Assembly: GCA_963770875.1 (NCBI GenBank)
Contig: CAVYRE010000001.1
Location: 148,064-212,063, forward strand
DNA from: an uncultured Chloroflexia bacterium
Lineage (GTDB): Bacteria; Chloroflexota; Limnocylindria; QHBO01
Direction: 5' to 3'
Length of the DNA stretch: 64,000 nucleotides
Position numbers and translations under genes: made by a program. Positions 1 through 11,653 of this stretch are shown in pieces. The notes below the pieces were generated by a model that worked only from the letters and a program-made list of their open reading frames with translations, was not told where the DNA came from and made no database searches. How positions within the stretch are numbered: the stretch's first letter is position 1; each line of letters opens with the position of its first letter.

Positions 1-1770
<1,770 letters not shown>

Positions 1771-1813
1771 CGGCGCACATGGTACAGATCGATGCCGGGG
1801 TAGACTCAGGCCG

Positions 1814-2170
1814 ATGTCTCGCGAAGAGCGGCGCGCCTACCAGCGCCTCACCAAGAAGCAGGACCCGTACGCGCTCCCGTCGAGCGGACCCGCCCGGGCG
1901 CGGATCCAGCGCCAGGAGGCGATCCGGGCGCGACGCGCCGCCGCGGCCGCGAGCACGCCGCCGGGCAGCCTGTCGCGACGGTTCCTCTATTGGGCGCTCG
2001 GGGGCGCGGCCGGTGCCGCGCTGGTCGCCTTCTCTCTCGCCTGGCCGAGCGGGATGCCGTTCGCGGCGTACGTCGGGGCTGGCGTGGGCGTCGCCTGGGT
2101 CGCGCTGGCGTTCGGCGTCCGGGCGTTCGGCGGCCGCGCGTTCGGCGGCCGCGCCGCTCCCCGGCGCTAG
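1814..2170 (+). CDS. small hypothetical membrane protein (contains 15-bp tandem repeat RAFGG)
   Basis: ORF with hydrophobic stretch LGGAAGAALVAFSLAWPSG...GVGVAWVALAFGV; divergent from aceE. Confidence 0.4.
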   Translation: MSREERRAYQRLTKKQDPYALPSSGPARARIQRQEAIRARRAAAAASTPPGSLSRRFLYWALGGAAGAALVAFSLAWPSGMPFAAYVGAGVGVAWVALAFGVRAFGGRAFGGRAAPRR

Positions 2171-2197
2171 CCTGCCGCGACGCCTGGGGGCTCGACG

Positions 2198-2824
2198 GTG
2201 ACCGGCCTCCCGGGGGCTGCGATCGTCCTCGCCATTGGCTATCTGATCGGGGCGCTGCCATTCGGGCTGCTCATCGGCCGGCTGGCGGGTGGTGTCGACC
2301 TGCGGCAGCACGGCTCCGGTCGGACCGGCGCCACGAACGCGCTGCGCACCGTGGGCCTGGCCGGCGCGGTGGCCACCTTCCTGCTCGACCTCGGCAAGGG
2401 AGTCGCCGCGGTCCTGGTCGCGCGCTGGCTCTACGCCGCGGGCCCGGCCGGGTCGCCGGACTGGGTCGCCGCCGCAGCCGGCGTCGCGGCGATCGCGGGG
2501 CACATCCGCTCGATCTTCATCGGATTCCGGGGAGGGCGCGGCGTGGCCACCTTCGCCGGGGCGATGCTGGCCACCTCGCCGTGGACCGTGGTGGTCGTGG
2601 TGCCGCTCGTCGCGCTGGTGGTGCTGCGGACGCGGATCGTCTCGCTCGGCTCGCTCACCGGCTCGCTCGTCGCGCCCCTGATCACCGCCTTGCTGGTGCC
2701 GTTCGGCCAGGCGACGTGGGCCGGGGTGGCGCTTGGGGTGGGAGGGGCGGCGCTGGTCACGGCCGCGCACGCCGACAACATTGCCCGGCTGCGAGCCGGC
2801 ACCGAGCGGCGCATCGGCCGATGA
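2198..2824 (+). CDS. plsY: glycerol-3-phosphate acyltransferase PlsY
   Basis: GTG start; GSGRTGATNALR motif (PlsY GSGNxGATN signature), multi-pass membrane profile. Confidence 0.85.
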   Translation: MTGLPGAAIVLAIGYLIGALPFGLLIGRLAGGVDLRQHGSGRTGATNALRTVGLAGAVATFLLDLGKGVAAVLVARWLYAAGPAGSPDWVAAAAGVAAIAGHIRSIFIGFRGGRGVATFAGAMLATSPWTVVVVVPLVALVVLRTRIVSLGSLTGSLVAPLITALLVPFGQATWAGVALGVGGAALVTAAHADNIARLRAGTERRIGR

Positions 2825-3426
2825 GCGCGCAGCGGCCCCGCCTCACCACCCTGCCGAACCTGCTCGGCCTGGCGCGCATCCTCGCCACCCCGGTGGTGGT
2901 GGCGCTCCTCCTGGTGCCGTTCCCCGGCGCCGGCCTGATCGCATTCGTGGTCTTCGTGGCGGCCGCAATGACCGACTACTTCGACGGCCGCATCGCGCGG
3001 GCCCGGAACCAGGTCTCGCCGCTCGGGATCTTCCTCGACCTGACCGCCGACAAGGTCCTGGTCGCCGGCGTCCTCATCGCGATGGTCGAGGTGGGGCTCC
3101 TCCCGACCTGGATCGTGGCCACCCTGCTCGTCCGCGAGCTGGCGGTGCAGGGGGTGCGACAGCTCGCCGCCTCGGCCAGCGTGGTGATCTCGGCGCGCGG
3201 CCTCGGCAAGTGGAAGGCGTTCGGGACGAACCTGGCGATCGGGGTGCTCCTGCTCGCCTTCGACGCGCAGACCGGCGGCCCGGTGGGACGCGTCGTGACC
3301 GCGTCGACCGTGCAGGCGATCGGCTTCTGGCTGTCGGTCGTGGCGGTCGTGCTGGCGGTCGTCTCCGGGGTTGCCTACCTGCGCGGCGCGCTGCCGATCC
3401 TGCTGGGCGAGGAGCGTCCCGCCTAG
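2821..3426 (+). CDS. pgsA: CDP-alcohol phosphatidyltransferase (PgsA-like)
   Basis: ATGA overlap with plsY stop; motif DYFDGRIAR...GIFLDLTADK (D-x2-DG-x2-AR...G...D-x3-D); upstream part of track ORF 1990..3426 is compositionally junk, so start taken at 2821. Confidence 0.8.
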   Translation: MSAQRPRLTTLPNLLGLARILATPVVVALLLVPFPGAGLIAFVVFVAAAMTDYFDGRIARARNQVSPLGIFLDLTADKVLVAGVLIAMVEVGLLPTWIVATLLVRELAVQGVRQLAASASVVISARGLGKWKAFGTNLAIGVLLLAFDAQTGGPVGRVVTASTVQAIGFWLSVVAVVLAVVSGVAYLRGALPILLGEERPA

Positions 3427-3869
3427 AACGGCTGGAAGTCCTCGACGCGGCGCAGGTTGACGATGACCACCTCGGCCTCGTCCTGCGGCCCATCGCCGCG
3501 AGCGAAGGTGGCGCGGGTGAGCGGCAGGAAGCGGCGGACGGCGCGGAGGATCGGGTCGTCCAGCTCGCCCGGCCGGAGGTGCGCCGTCCCGGTGACGTGG
3601 TAGCTCCCGGCGCGGACCTGCACGCCATGCTGGTTGGTGGGCAGGCGCACCGCCGGCGGGCTGACGTGCGGGGGAGGCACCACCAGGGTCAGCTCATCGG
3701 GGAAGACCTCCGTCCAGCCCTGGTTGGCGCCCGCGGGGAGGAAGAGGAATGACTCGCTCCCCTGGAGGATGTCGGTCATCCGCTGCCCCTCGGTCCGGAC
3801 CCAGCCGCGGAGATCCAGGTCCTCGGTGATGAGGCGGATCGGCTCGAGCTCATCGATGGGGGTGTTCAT
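3423..3869 (-). CDS. hypothetical protein
   Basis: 148-aa ORF with non-repetitive composition; stop overlaps pgsA stop region. Confidence 0.5.
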   Translation of the reverse strand: MNTPIDELEPIRLITEDLDLRGWVRTEGQRMTDILQGSESFLFLPAGANQGWTEVFPDELTLVVPPPHVSPPAVRLPTNQHGVQVRAGSYHVTGTAHLRPGELDDPILRAVRRFLPLTRATFARGDGPQDEAEVVIVNLRRVEDFQPF

Positions 3870-3942
3870 CGCTCGACGTTCCTGGTGCTTGCGCCGACTC
3901 TACTCCCCCGACGGCGAACGGCGGCATCCGCCACTGGTACCC

Positions 3943-4779
3943 CTACTTGATGAGCCGCTCCTCGAGGCGATGGAGGGCGATCCACATCGCGATCGCGCCG
4001 AAGGCGACGATGTAGCCCAGGTCCCACAGCTCGTGCCAGCCCACCAGGCCGGTGGCCAGGCCGCGCAGCAGGCTCACCGCGTGGAAGAGCGGCGTCGCCT
4101 CGATCACGATCTTGAGGATCGGGAAGGGGTCGTAGACGCTGATCGGGAAGAAGGTGGCGCTGAAGAGGAACATCGGCATCACCACCAGCCCCATCGGCAG
4201 GTCGAAGTCCTGCACCGTGCGCAGGTAGGCGGTGGTCGCCAGGCAGGCCGCGCTGAAGGCGGCGCCGATCAGGATCGAGGCCGGAATGACGAGGAACAGC
4301 ATCGGCGAGACGACCAGCCCCATCCCGACCATCACCAGCACGAAGGCGAGCACGTAGAGGGTCCCGCGGAAGAGCGACCAGGCCATCTCGCCCAGCGCGA
4401 TCTCGCGGATCCCGAGCGGCGTGGCGAGGATCGCGTCGTAGGTCTTGCTGAAGTTCAGCTTGAAGAAGACGTTGAAGATCGACTCGGCGATCGCCCCGTT
4501 CATCGTCGCCTGGGCGAGCAGCGCCGGCGCCACGAAGGCCGCGTAGGGGATGGTCCGCCCGTCCGACAGGGGGATCCCCCCGATGAACGAGCCGAGCCCG
4601 TAGCCGATCCCGAGCAGGTAGAAGAGCGGCTCGAAGAAGCCGGAGAAGATCACCATCCAGCCGCGCTTGTAGACGAGCAGGTTGCGCTGGACCAGGCGCC
4701 GCGAGCGGAGCAGCGACGCGACCAGGCCGGAGCCGGATGCCGGGGCAGGGGCAGGGGCGCGCCGCGCGATGGCGGTCAC
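3943..4779 (-). CDS. ABC-2 type transporter permease
   Basis: 6-TM ABC-2/DrrB-NodJ-like profile; 4-nt overlap with upstream permease. Confidence 0.8.
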   Translation of the reverse strand: MTAIARRAPAPAPASGSGLVASLLRSRRLVQRNLLVYKRGWMVIFSGFFEPLFYLLGIGYGLGSFIGGIPLSDGRTIPYAAFVAPALLAQATMNGAIAESIFNVFFKLNFSKTYDAILATPLGIREIALGEMAWSLFRGTLYVLAFVLVMVGMGLVVSPMLFLVIPASILIGAAFSAACLATTAYLRTVQDFDLPMGLVVMPMFLFSATFFPISVYDPFPILKIVIEATPLFHAVSLLRGLATGLVGWHELWDLGYIVAFGAIAMWIALHRLEERLIK

Positions 4780-5612
4780 TTCACGAGCCTCCGCCGCAGC
4801 AGCCGGAAGGCGACGTAGCTCGTGATCGCCAGGAAGACGAGCAGGTACGCCACGTGGAGCGGCCAGTCGGCCGGGATCATGTCCAGGATGGCGCCGCGCA
4901 CCAGCGCCACGCCGTGGTAGAGCGGGGTGGCAGCGGCGATCCAGCGCACCGTCTCGGGCAGCTTGTCGATCGGGAAGAAGGTCCCGGAGAAGAGGAAGAG
5001 CGGGTTGATCACGAAGCGGAAGATCGCCGCGAAGCCGCTGTCGTTGGAGCGCGTCGCGGAGAAGGCGATGATCGGCGCCGCGAAGCAGAGCCCGGTCACC
5101 ACCGCCGCCGGCACGGCGAGCACCGCCAGGGGGCTGCGCGGGATGCCGAAGAGGGTCAGCACCACCAGGAAGACGGTCGACATGCTGGTCAGGCGGAAGC
5201 CGATCCAGGCCAGCTCGCCGATGAGCAGGTGATGGACCTGCATCGGGGTGGCGAGGATCGCCTCGTAGTTCCGGCGCCAGGTGATCTTGCCCATGATCGG
5301 GTAGGTCGACTCGAAGCTGGCCGTCTGCATGCAGGAGCTGGCCAGGATCCCGGGACCGAGGAAGTGGAGGTAGTCGACCCCGCCCGGCAGGATGTTTCCG
5401 CCGCGGCCCACCAGGCTGCCGAGGCCGATCCCCATGGCGGTGAGGTAGAGCATCGGCGTCAGGAAAGAGCCGAAGACGCTGCCGCGCCAGATGCGCCGGT
5501 ACACGAGCAGGTTGCGCTGGAGGATCCGGGCGCCGCCGAAGAGCGCGCCACGGATGCGCGACGCGATCGGCCGTGGGGCGAGGGGCTGGCTACCCGCGAC
5601 GACCGCCATCAC
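4776..5612 (-). CDS. ABC-2 type transporter permease (second copy)
   Basis: Paralogous permease; translationally coupled to ATPase (overlap 5609-5612). Confidence 0.8.
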   Translation of the reverse strand: MMAVVAGSQPLAPRPIASRIRGALFGGARILQRNLLVYRRIWRGSVFGSFLTPMLYLTAMGIGLGSLVGRGGNILPGGVDYLHFLGPGILASSCMQTASFESTYPIMGKITWRRNYEAILATPMQVHHLLIGELAWIGFRLTSMSTVFLVVLTLFGIPRSPLAVLAVPAAVVTGLCFAAPIIAFSATRSNDSGFAAIFRFVINPLFLFSGTFFPIDKLPETVRWIAAATPLYHGVALVRGAILDMIPADWPLHVAYLLVFLAITSYVAFRLLRRRLVK

Positions 5613-6544
5613 TCCACCAGCGAGCGGCCGGTCAGCCGCAGGAAGACGTCCTCGAGGGTGGCGCGACGGACGAGCGCCGATTCGACCGGGATCTCGCGGG
5701 CATGGACCTGCTCGAGCGCCTGCTCACCGTCCGCGGCGTAGAGCAGGAAGCGATCCGGCAGCTCCTCGATCCGCTCGGCGAGGCCGTCGAGGCGCCCGTC
5801 CAGCCCGGCCCGCCGCTCCTCGGGGATGCGCAGCTCGAGCACCTCGCGCGTGGCGTACTGCTCGATCAGCTCGCGCGGCGTCCCCGCGGCGACGATCTCG
5901 GCCTTGTCCATCACCACCAGGCGATCGCAGAGCTGCTCGGCCTCGTCCATGTAGTGGGTGGTGATGATCAGCGTCGCACCGCGCTGCTTGAGCCGGTAGA
6001 GGCGCTCCCAGAGGAGGTGGCGCGCCTGCGGATCGAGGCCGGTCGTCGGCTCGTCGAGGATCAGCAGCTCCGGGTCGTTGATGAGCGCCCGCGCGATCGT
6101 GAGGCGCCGCTTCATGCCGCCGGAGAGCGGCTCCACCTGGTCGCTGGCCCGCTCCGAGAGCTGCATGAACTCGAGCAGGTCGAGGGCGCGCGGACGCGCC
6201 ACCGACATCGGCATGTCGAAGTAGCGCGCGTACATGAGCAGGTTCTCGAGCACGCTCAGTTCAGCGTCGAGGTTGTCGATCTGCGGGACCACCCCGAGGC
6301 GCGCCTTGATCTGCGCCGCCTGGCTGCGCGGGTCCATGCCGATCACCGTCAGGTCACCCTCGGTGACCGGGCTGGCGCAGGCGATCATCCGCATCGTGCT
6401 CGTCTTGCCGGCGCCATTCGGGCCGAGGAACCCAAACGCCTCGCCGGTGCGCACGTCGAAGTCCACGGCGTTCACCGCGGTGAAGCCGCCGAAGCGCTTC
6501 GTCAGCGCGCGGGCATGGACGAGGACCTCGTCGGAGGGGGGCAT
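5609..6544 (-). CDS. ABC transporter ATP-binding protein (DrrA/NodI-like exporter ATPase)
   Basis: Walker A GPNGAGKTST, signature LSGGMKRRL, Walker B LLILDEPTTGLD, H-loop. Confidence 0.9.
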   Translation of the reverse strand: MPPSDEVLVHARALTKRFGGFTAVNAVDFDVRTGEAFGFLGPNGAGKTSTMRMIACASPVTEGDLTVIGMDPRSQAAQIKARLGVVPQIDNLDAELSVLENLLMYARYFDMPMSVARPRALDLLEFMQLSERASDQVEPLSGGMKRRLTIARALINDPELLILDEPTTGLDPQARHLLWERLYRLKQRGATLIITTHYMDEAEQLCDRLVVMDKAEIVAAGTPRELIEQYATREVLELRIPEERRAGLDGRLDGLAERIEELPDRFLLYAADGEQALEQVHAREIPVESALVRRATLEDVFLRLTGRSLVE

Positions 6545-6625
6545 GGGACGGACATTCTAGCGAGGGCGCGGCCACGGGCCATTTGGCCCTTTGCGGTCGC
6601 GGGCGAGGGTGGCTAGCCTGCCGCC

Positions 6626-7792
6626 ATGGCGGAGACGGCTGACGCGATCATCATCGGCGCCGGCGTCCAGGGAGCCTCGCTCGCCTTCCACCTGGCGGAG
6701 CGAGGCGTGCGCGCCCTGGTGGTCGAGAAGTCGGTCGTGGCGGCCGGTGCCACGGGGCGCTCGAGCGGCCTGGTGCGGATGCACTACGACGTCGAGGCGG
6801 AGGCCCGGCTGGCGAGGCGGTCGCACGCCTACTTCGCCGACTGGGGGCAGCGGGTCGGCGGCGAGTGCGGCTTCACCCAGGTCGGCTTCCTCCAGCTCGT
6901 CCCGCCAGACGAGGTCGAGGCGCTGCGTGCCAACACCGCCATGCAGCAGCGGATCGGGATCACGACCGAGATCGTGGAGGCCGATGCGGTGCGCCGCCTG
7001 CTGCCGGGGGTCGCCATCGGCGACGGCCAGGTGGCGGCGTTCGAGCCGCTCTCCGGCTACGCCGACCCGACCCAGACCGCCGGCTCGTTGATGGCCGCGG
7101 CCACGGCCCGCGGCGCCCGGCTGATCCAGGGCTGTGCCGTGACCGGCGTCCGCGTGGTGCGGGACCGGGTCGTCGGAATCGACACCTCCCGTGGCGCCTT
7201 CGACGCGCCGATCGTGGTCGACGCCGCCGGGGCGTGGGCCGGCCGGGTGGCGGCCATGACGGGGATCGAGCTCCCGTTGAAGGTCTGGCGCCACGACGTC
7301 GCCTACGTCCTGCGCCCGGCCGACATCCCCTCGCACCCGGTCTTCATCGACTTCGAGAACGCCTTCTATGCCCGCCCCGAGGGAGCGTCGCTGACCCTGG
7401 TGGCGCTGGAGGACGGCAACCCGATCTCCGACGACGCGGATGCGCCGGTCGACGCGGCCGCGCCGGGGTTCATCGAGAAGGCGGCGGAGCGGGTCATGCG
7501 ACGCCTGCCCGACTTCGCGCGGGCCGGGCTCCATTCGGCGCACTCCGGGCAGGACGGGATCACGCCAGACCAGCACCCGATCATCGGTCCGGCCGGGCCC
7601 GATGGCTTCTGGCTCGACTGCGGCTACTCGGGGACCGGCTTCAAGACCGCGCCAGCGGTGGGGGCCAGCCTCGCGCAGCTGATCACCGAGGGCGTCGCGT
7701 CGAACGACGACCTGGCGATCTACCGCCTGGAGCGCTTCGCCGAAGGGAAGCCGATCGTCGGCGAGCACCCCTACGGCGACATGTGGAGGTAG
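6626..7792 (+). CDS. FAD-dependent oxidoreductase, DAO family (SoxB/DadA-like)
   Basis: N-terminal dinucleotide fold AIIIGAGVQGASLAFHLAERG; DAO-type C-terminus GYSGTGF. Confidence 0.8.
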   Translation: MAETADAIIIGAGVQGASLAFHLAERGVRALVVEKSVVAAGATGRSSGLVRMHYDVEAEARLARRSHAYFADWGQRVGGECGFTQVGFLQLVPPDEVEALRANTAMQQRIGITTEIVEADAVRRLLPGVAIGDGQVAAFEPLSGYADPTQTAGSLMAAATARGARLIQGCAVTGVRVVRDRVVGIDTSRGAFDAPIVVDAAGAWAGRVAAMTGIELPLKVWRHDVAYVLRPADIPSHPVFIDFENAFYARPEGASLTLVALEDGNPISDDADAPVDAAAPGFIEKAAERVMRRLPDFARAGLHSAHSGQDGITPDQHPIIGPAGPDGFWLDCGYSGTGFKTAPAVGASLAQLITEGVASNDDLAIYRLERFAEGKPIVGEHPYGDMWR

Positions 7793-7894
7793 GGAGAGCT
7801 TCGTCGCGAGTCCCGTCGCGTCGGAGCCACTTCGTGCACTCGTGCTGCACGATGAGGCCCGGACATCGCCGCACCCGGTGCTAGCCTCTCGCCG

Positions 7895-10087
7895 ATGAGC
7901 GCCCAGGCGGCCCGGTTCGTGATCGACGGCGAGCGGCTGCCCTTCGAGCCCGGCGACAGCGTGGCGGTGGCCCTGGTCCGGGCGGGCGAGCACCCCCTCC
8001 ACGGCGGGACGCTCTGCCTCGCCGGCGACTGCGGCAACTGCGTCGCCGAGGTGGATGGGATCGCGTACGTCCGCACCTGCCTGACCCCGGCACGCGCCGA
8101 CCTCGAGGTGCGCCGCCATCCCGCCGTTGGAGCGCCCCCGTGGCGCCCGCCAGACGAGCGGGCGCGGCACATCGCGGTGCGCCACGAGGAGGCGGAGGTC
8201 GTGGTGATCGGCGGCGGGCGAAGCGGTCGCGCAGCAGCCGGCGAGACCGAGGGCCGAACGACGGTTCGGCTGAACTCCGGGGATGGGGCCGAGGTGGTCG
8301 CGGTCTACGCCGGTCCAACCGTCATCGCGCGGACGCCGGAGGGGATGCTGCACATCCGGGCGCGAGAGGTGGTGATCGCGACCGGCGCGGCGGAGATCCA
8401 GCCCGTCTGCGAGGGGAATCGGCTCGAGGGGCTCGTCACCGCCCGGGCGGCGCGCCAGCTGGATCGGGCGGGAGTCGATCTCGGCGTGGCCGTCGCGGTG
8501 GGGGAGGCACCCGAGGGGGTCCCGTGCACCTCGCTGTCTGGCGACCTGGTGCGGATCGAGGGGGAGGGGCGCGTGACCGGGGTCGTGACCCGGGACCACG
8601 GCCGCGAGATGACGACGCCCTGCGACACGCTGATCCTCGGCCTCGGGCGCGCCCCGCGCGACGTGCTGGCGCGGATGGCCGGCAACGTCCCGGTGCGCGT
8701 GGTCGGTTCGGCGGCCGAGACGTTCCCGCTCCCGCCGGCGCCGACGAGCGGGGTCGTCTGCCCGTGCGCCGGCGTCACGGTCGAGGACCTCGAGGGGGTC
8801 TGGACGCGCGGCTTCAACGAGCTCGAGCTGGTGAAGCGGGCGAGCCTGGCGGGGACCGGCACGTGCCAGGGTGCCGTCTGCCTGCCCCACGTGCGCGCCT
8901 GGATCGCGGCAAAGACCGGCATCGCCCCAGATCCCTTCACCGCGCGCCCGGCATCGCGCCAGATCACCCTGGGCGAGGCGTCGGCCGATTTCCACATCGA
9001 CGCGTTCCGCCGCACCGCGCTCCACGACGAGCACGTCGCGCTGGGTGCCCGCATGGACCGCTTCGGGGGCTGGTGGCGCCCCTGGCACTACGGCGACCAC
9101 CTCGCCGAGTATCGCGCCGTGCGGACCGCCGTCTCTCTCGGCGACGTCAGCACCCTTGGCAAGTTCGTCGTGGCCGGCCCCGATGCGGTCGAGTTCCTCC
9201 AGCGCCTCTACCCGACCGACGTCTCCACCATCCGGATCGGCCGCTCGCGCTACGCGCTCCTCCTCAACGAGCGCGGCCATGTCATCGACGACGGGATGAT
9301 CTGCCGCGAGGCGGAGGACCGCTTCGTGCTCACCTTCACCACGGGCGGGGCGGGCAACGCCGAGATGTGGATGCGCGACTGGATCGAGACGTGGGACCTG
9401 AACGTGCTCCTGCTCGACCGGACGATGTCGCTGGCAGCGATCAACGTCACCGGCCCGCGCGCCGCGGAGCTCCTCGCCCGGGTCGGCCTCGCGGAGCCGC
9501 CGCGCTTCCTCCAGCACCTCCGCGCCGATGTCGCCGGCGTCCCGTCCCACGTCATGCGCCTCAGCTTCACCGGCGAGGCCTCGTTCGAGCTGCACCACCC
9601 GGTCGACCGGTCGGTCGAGCTGTGGCGCGCCCTGATGGCCGCGGGGAAGGACCTCGGCATTGCGCCGCACGGCCTGCAGGCGCTCTTCGCGCTGCGGCTC
9701 GAGAAGGGGCACGTGATCATCGGCATGGACACCGAGCTCGACACGACGCCGCGCCGCCTTGGCATGGACTGGGCCGTGAACATGGAGAAGCCCTTCTTCG
9801 TCGGGCACGAGGCGCTGGCCCGCACCGCGCAGCTCGAGGATCGGCGCCGCCTGGTCGGCCTGACCATGGCCGATGCCGCGCCCACCGAGGGGAGCCCAAT
9901 CTGGTCCGACGGCGACGTCATCGGTCATGTCACCTCGTCGTTCACCTCGCCGAGCGTCGGCCGCGCGGTGATGCTGGGCTGGCTGAAGCGCGCCCCCTTC
10001 CCGGACCGCGTCGAGATCGACGGGCGCCCCGCCCACGTCGCCGCTCCGCCCTTCTACGACCCCGAGGGCCTCCGTGCGCGCGCCTGA
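7895..10087 (+). CDS. soxA: sarcosine oxidase alpha subunit family protein (short form, 730 aa)
   Basis: N-terminal 2Fe-2S-like CLAGDCGNC, NAD/FAD Rossmann VVVIGGGRSGRAAAGE, C-terminal GcvT/aminomethyltransferase fold (GDHLAEYRAVRTAVSLGDVSTLGKFVVAGPDAVEFLQRL). Confidence 0.75.
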   Translation: MSAQAARFVIDGERLPFEPGDSVAVALVRAGEHPLHGGTLCLAGDCGNCVAEVDGIAYVRTCLTPARADLEVRRHPAVGAPPWRPPDERARHIAVRHEEAEVVVIGGGRSGRAAAGETEGRTTVRLNSGDGAEVVAVYAGPTVIARTPEGMLHIRAREVVIATGAAEIQPVCEGNRLEGLVTARAARQLDRAGVDLGVAVAVGEAPEGVPCTSLSGDLVRIEGEGRVTGVVTRDHGREMTTPCDTLILGLGRAPRDVLARMAGNVPVRVVGSAAETFPLPPAPTSGVVCPCAGVTVEDLEGVWTRGFNELELVKRASLAGTGTCQGAVCLPHVRAWIAAKTGIAPDPFTARPASRQITLGEASADFHIDAFRRTALHDEHVALGARMDRFGGWWRPWHYGDHLAEYRAVRTAVSLGDVSTLGKFVVAGPDAVEFLQRLYPTDVSTIRIGRSRYALLLNERGHVIDDGMICREAEDRFVLTFTTGGAGNAEMWMRDWIETWDLNVLLLDRTMSLAAINVTGPRAAELLARVGLAEPPRFLQHLRADVAGVPSHVMRLSFTGEASFELHHPVDRSVELWRALMAAGKDLGIAPHGLQALFALRLEKGHVIIGMDTELDTTPRRLGMDWAVNMEKPFFVGHEALARTAQLEDRRRLVGLTMADAAPTEGSPIWSDGDVIGHVTSSFTSPSVGRAVMLGWLKRAPFPDRVEIDGRPAHVAAPPFYDPEGLRARA

Positions 10088-10448
10088 GCCGCTGACCGGC
10101 ATCCGCGTGGTTGCCGCGCCGGCCACGCTCGATGCCCTGACCTGGCCCGATGGCGTGGCCGCCCTCCGTTTCGCCGCGGACGACCTCTTCGCGCTGGGAG
10201 CCACGAAGGCCGAGCGGGCCGACGCGATCGTCGAGGACGAGCGCGGATTCGTCGGCTGGTGGCTCTCCCTCGAAGATCTGGACGACCTCGTCCTGGGGCA
10301 CGTCGACTGGCCACTCCCCGAAACGTGGCCGGCGCTGGCCCAGGGGCTGATCGCCGGGGTGCCCGCCAAGCTCTGGCTCACGAACGATCGCGTGCTGCTG
10401 CTCACCACGGCCGCGTACGCCCACGAGCTGATGGATCGGCTGCCATGA
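10074..10448 (+). CDS. putative sarcosine oxidase gamma-like small subunit
   Basis: Position between soxA-like and soxB with overlaps at both ends; 124 aa, shorter than canonical SoxG, assignment by context only. Confidence 0.35.
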   Translation: MRAPEPLTGIRVVAAPATLDALTWPDGVAALRFAADDLFALGATKAERADAIVEDERGFVGWWLSLEDLDDLVLGHVDWPLPETWPALAQGLIAGVPAKLWLTNDRVLLLTTAAYAHELMDRLP

Positions 10449-11653
10449 ACGAGTTCGTCGAGACCCTGCTCGACCTCGAGTGGCACGCGCCCAAGCGCTC
10501 GTACGACGTGGTCATCATCGGCGCCGGTGGCCATGGCCTGGCGACCGCCTACTACCTCGCCACGCGCCACGGGATCACGAGCGTCGCGGTGCTGGAGGCC
10601 GACTACATCGGCTCGGGCAACAGCGGCCGGAACACGACGATCATCCGGGCCAACTACGGGATCCCCGAATCGGTCCGCTTCTACCAGCACAGCGTCGACC
10701 TGTACGCGACCCTGGAGGAGGAGACCGGGGCGATGATCATGCACGCCACCAAGGGGCTGCTGTGGCTGGCGCACACCGAGATGGCGATGCGCGCCGAGCG
10801 CTCCCGCGCCCTCATGAACCAGGCCTGCGGCGCCGAGACGGTGACGATCACGCCGGAGGAGGCGAAACAGCTCTGCCCCGCGCTCGACCTGACCGGCGGC
10901 GGCCGCTACCCGGTGCTGGGCGGCTCGTACCACCCCGGCGGCGCGACGGCACGCCACGACCGCGTGGTGTGGGCGTATGCCCAGGGGGCGATGCGGCGCG
11001 GCGTCGACATCCTGCCCCACACCCCGGTCACTGGCCTGCTGCGGGACGGCGGTCGGGTGGTCGGGGTCGAGACCGATGCCGGACCGATCTCCGCCGGCGT
11101 GGTCCTCAGCGCGGTCGGCGGCAACGTCACGACCGTGGCGGCGATGGCCGACCTGCGCCTCCCGATCCGCACCCACCCACTCCAGGCCCTCGTCACGAAC
11201 GCCTACGCCCAGGGCTTCGGGCCGATCGTCGCCTCCTCCGAGCTCCTCTGCTACGTCTCGCAGACGGCCCGCGGCCAGATGCTGATGGGCGCCGAGTTCG
11301 ACTCGCAGCCCTCGTACTCGCGCCAGTCCTCGTACGAGTTCCTGCAGAGCGTCTCGGCCAAGGTGATCCACCTGCTGCCATTCCTGCGCGACCTGCGGGT
11401 GTTGCGCACCTGGGCCGGCATCTGCGACATCAGCCCCGACTACAGCCCGATCATGGGCTTCACCGGGATCGACGGCCTGCTGATCACCACCGGCTGGGGG
11501 ACGTGGGGCTTCAAGGCGATCCCCGCCGGGGGCGAGGCGATGGCCGAGCTGATCGCCACGGGCGCCACGCCAACGCTGATCGCCTCGTTCGGCCTGGAAC
11601 GATTCGCCGCCGACCACGCCATGGCCGACCAGGGATCGGCGGGGACCCGCTGA
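10445..11653 (+). CDS. soxB: sarcosine oxidase beta subunit
   Basis: MNEFVETLLDLEWHAPKRSYDVVIIGAGGHGLATAYYLA... classic SoxB N-terminus; start at ATG overlapping upstream stop (ATGA); upstream part of track ORF 10259.. is junk. Confidence 0.85.
   Translation: MNEFVETLLDLEWHAPKRSYDVVIIGAGGHGLATAYYLATRHGITSVAVLEADYIGSGNSGRNTTIIRANYGIPESVRFYQHSVDLYATLEEETGAMIMHATKGLLWLAHTEMAMRAERSRALMNQACGAETVTITPEEAKQLCPALDLTGGGRYPVLGGSYHPGGATARHDRVVWAYAQGAMRRGVDILPHTPVTGLLRDGGRVVGVETDAGPISAGVVLSAVGGNVTTVAAMADLRLPIRTHPLQALVTNAYAQGFGPIVASSELLCYVSQTARGQMLMGAEFDSQPSYSRQSSYEFLQSVSAKVIHLLPFLRDLRVLRTWAGICDISPDYSPIMGFTGIDGLLITTGWGTWGFKAIPAGGEAMAELIATGATPTLIASFGLERFAADHAMADQGSAGTR

Noticed and set aside
1990-2820. N-terminal 277-codon extension of the pgsA-like ORF (track 1990..3426)
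   Set aside because: Extension overlaps plsY in another frame and is RG-rich junk; start placed at ATG 2821 overlapping plsY stop
6557-11617. 1686-aa minus-strand ORF spanning the whole sox cluster, and 8140..10095 + (651 aa)
   Set aside because: Antisense/alternate-frame artefacts; compositionally junk and incompatible with well-supported sox genes on the plus strand
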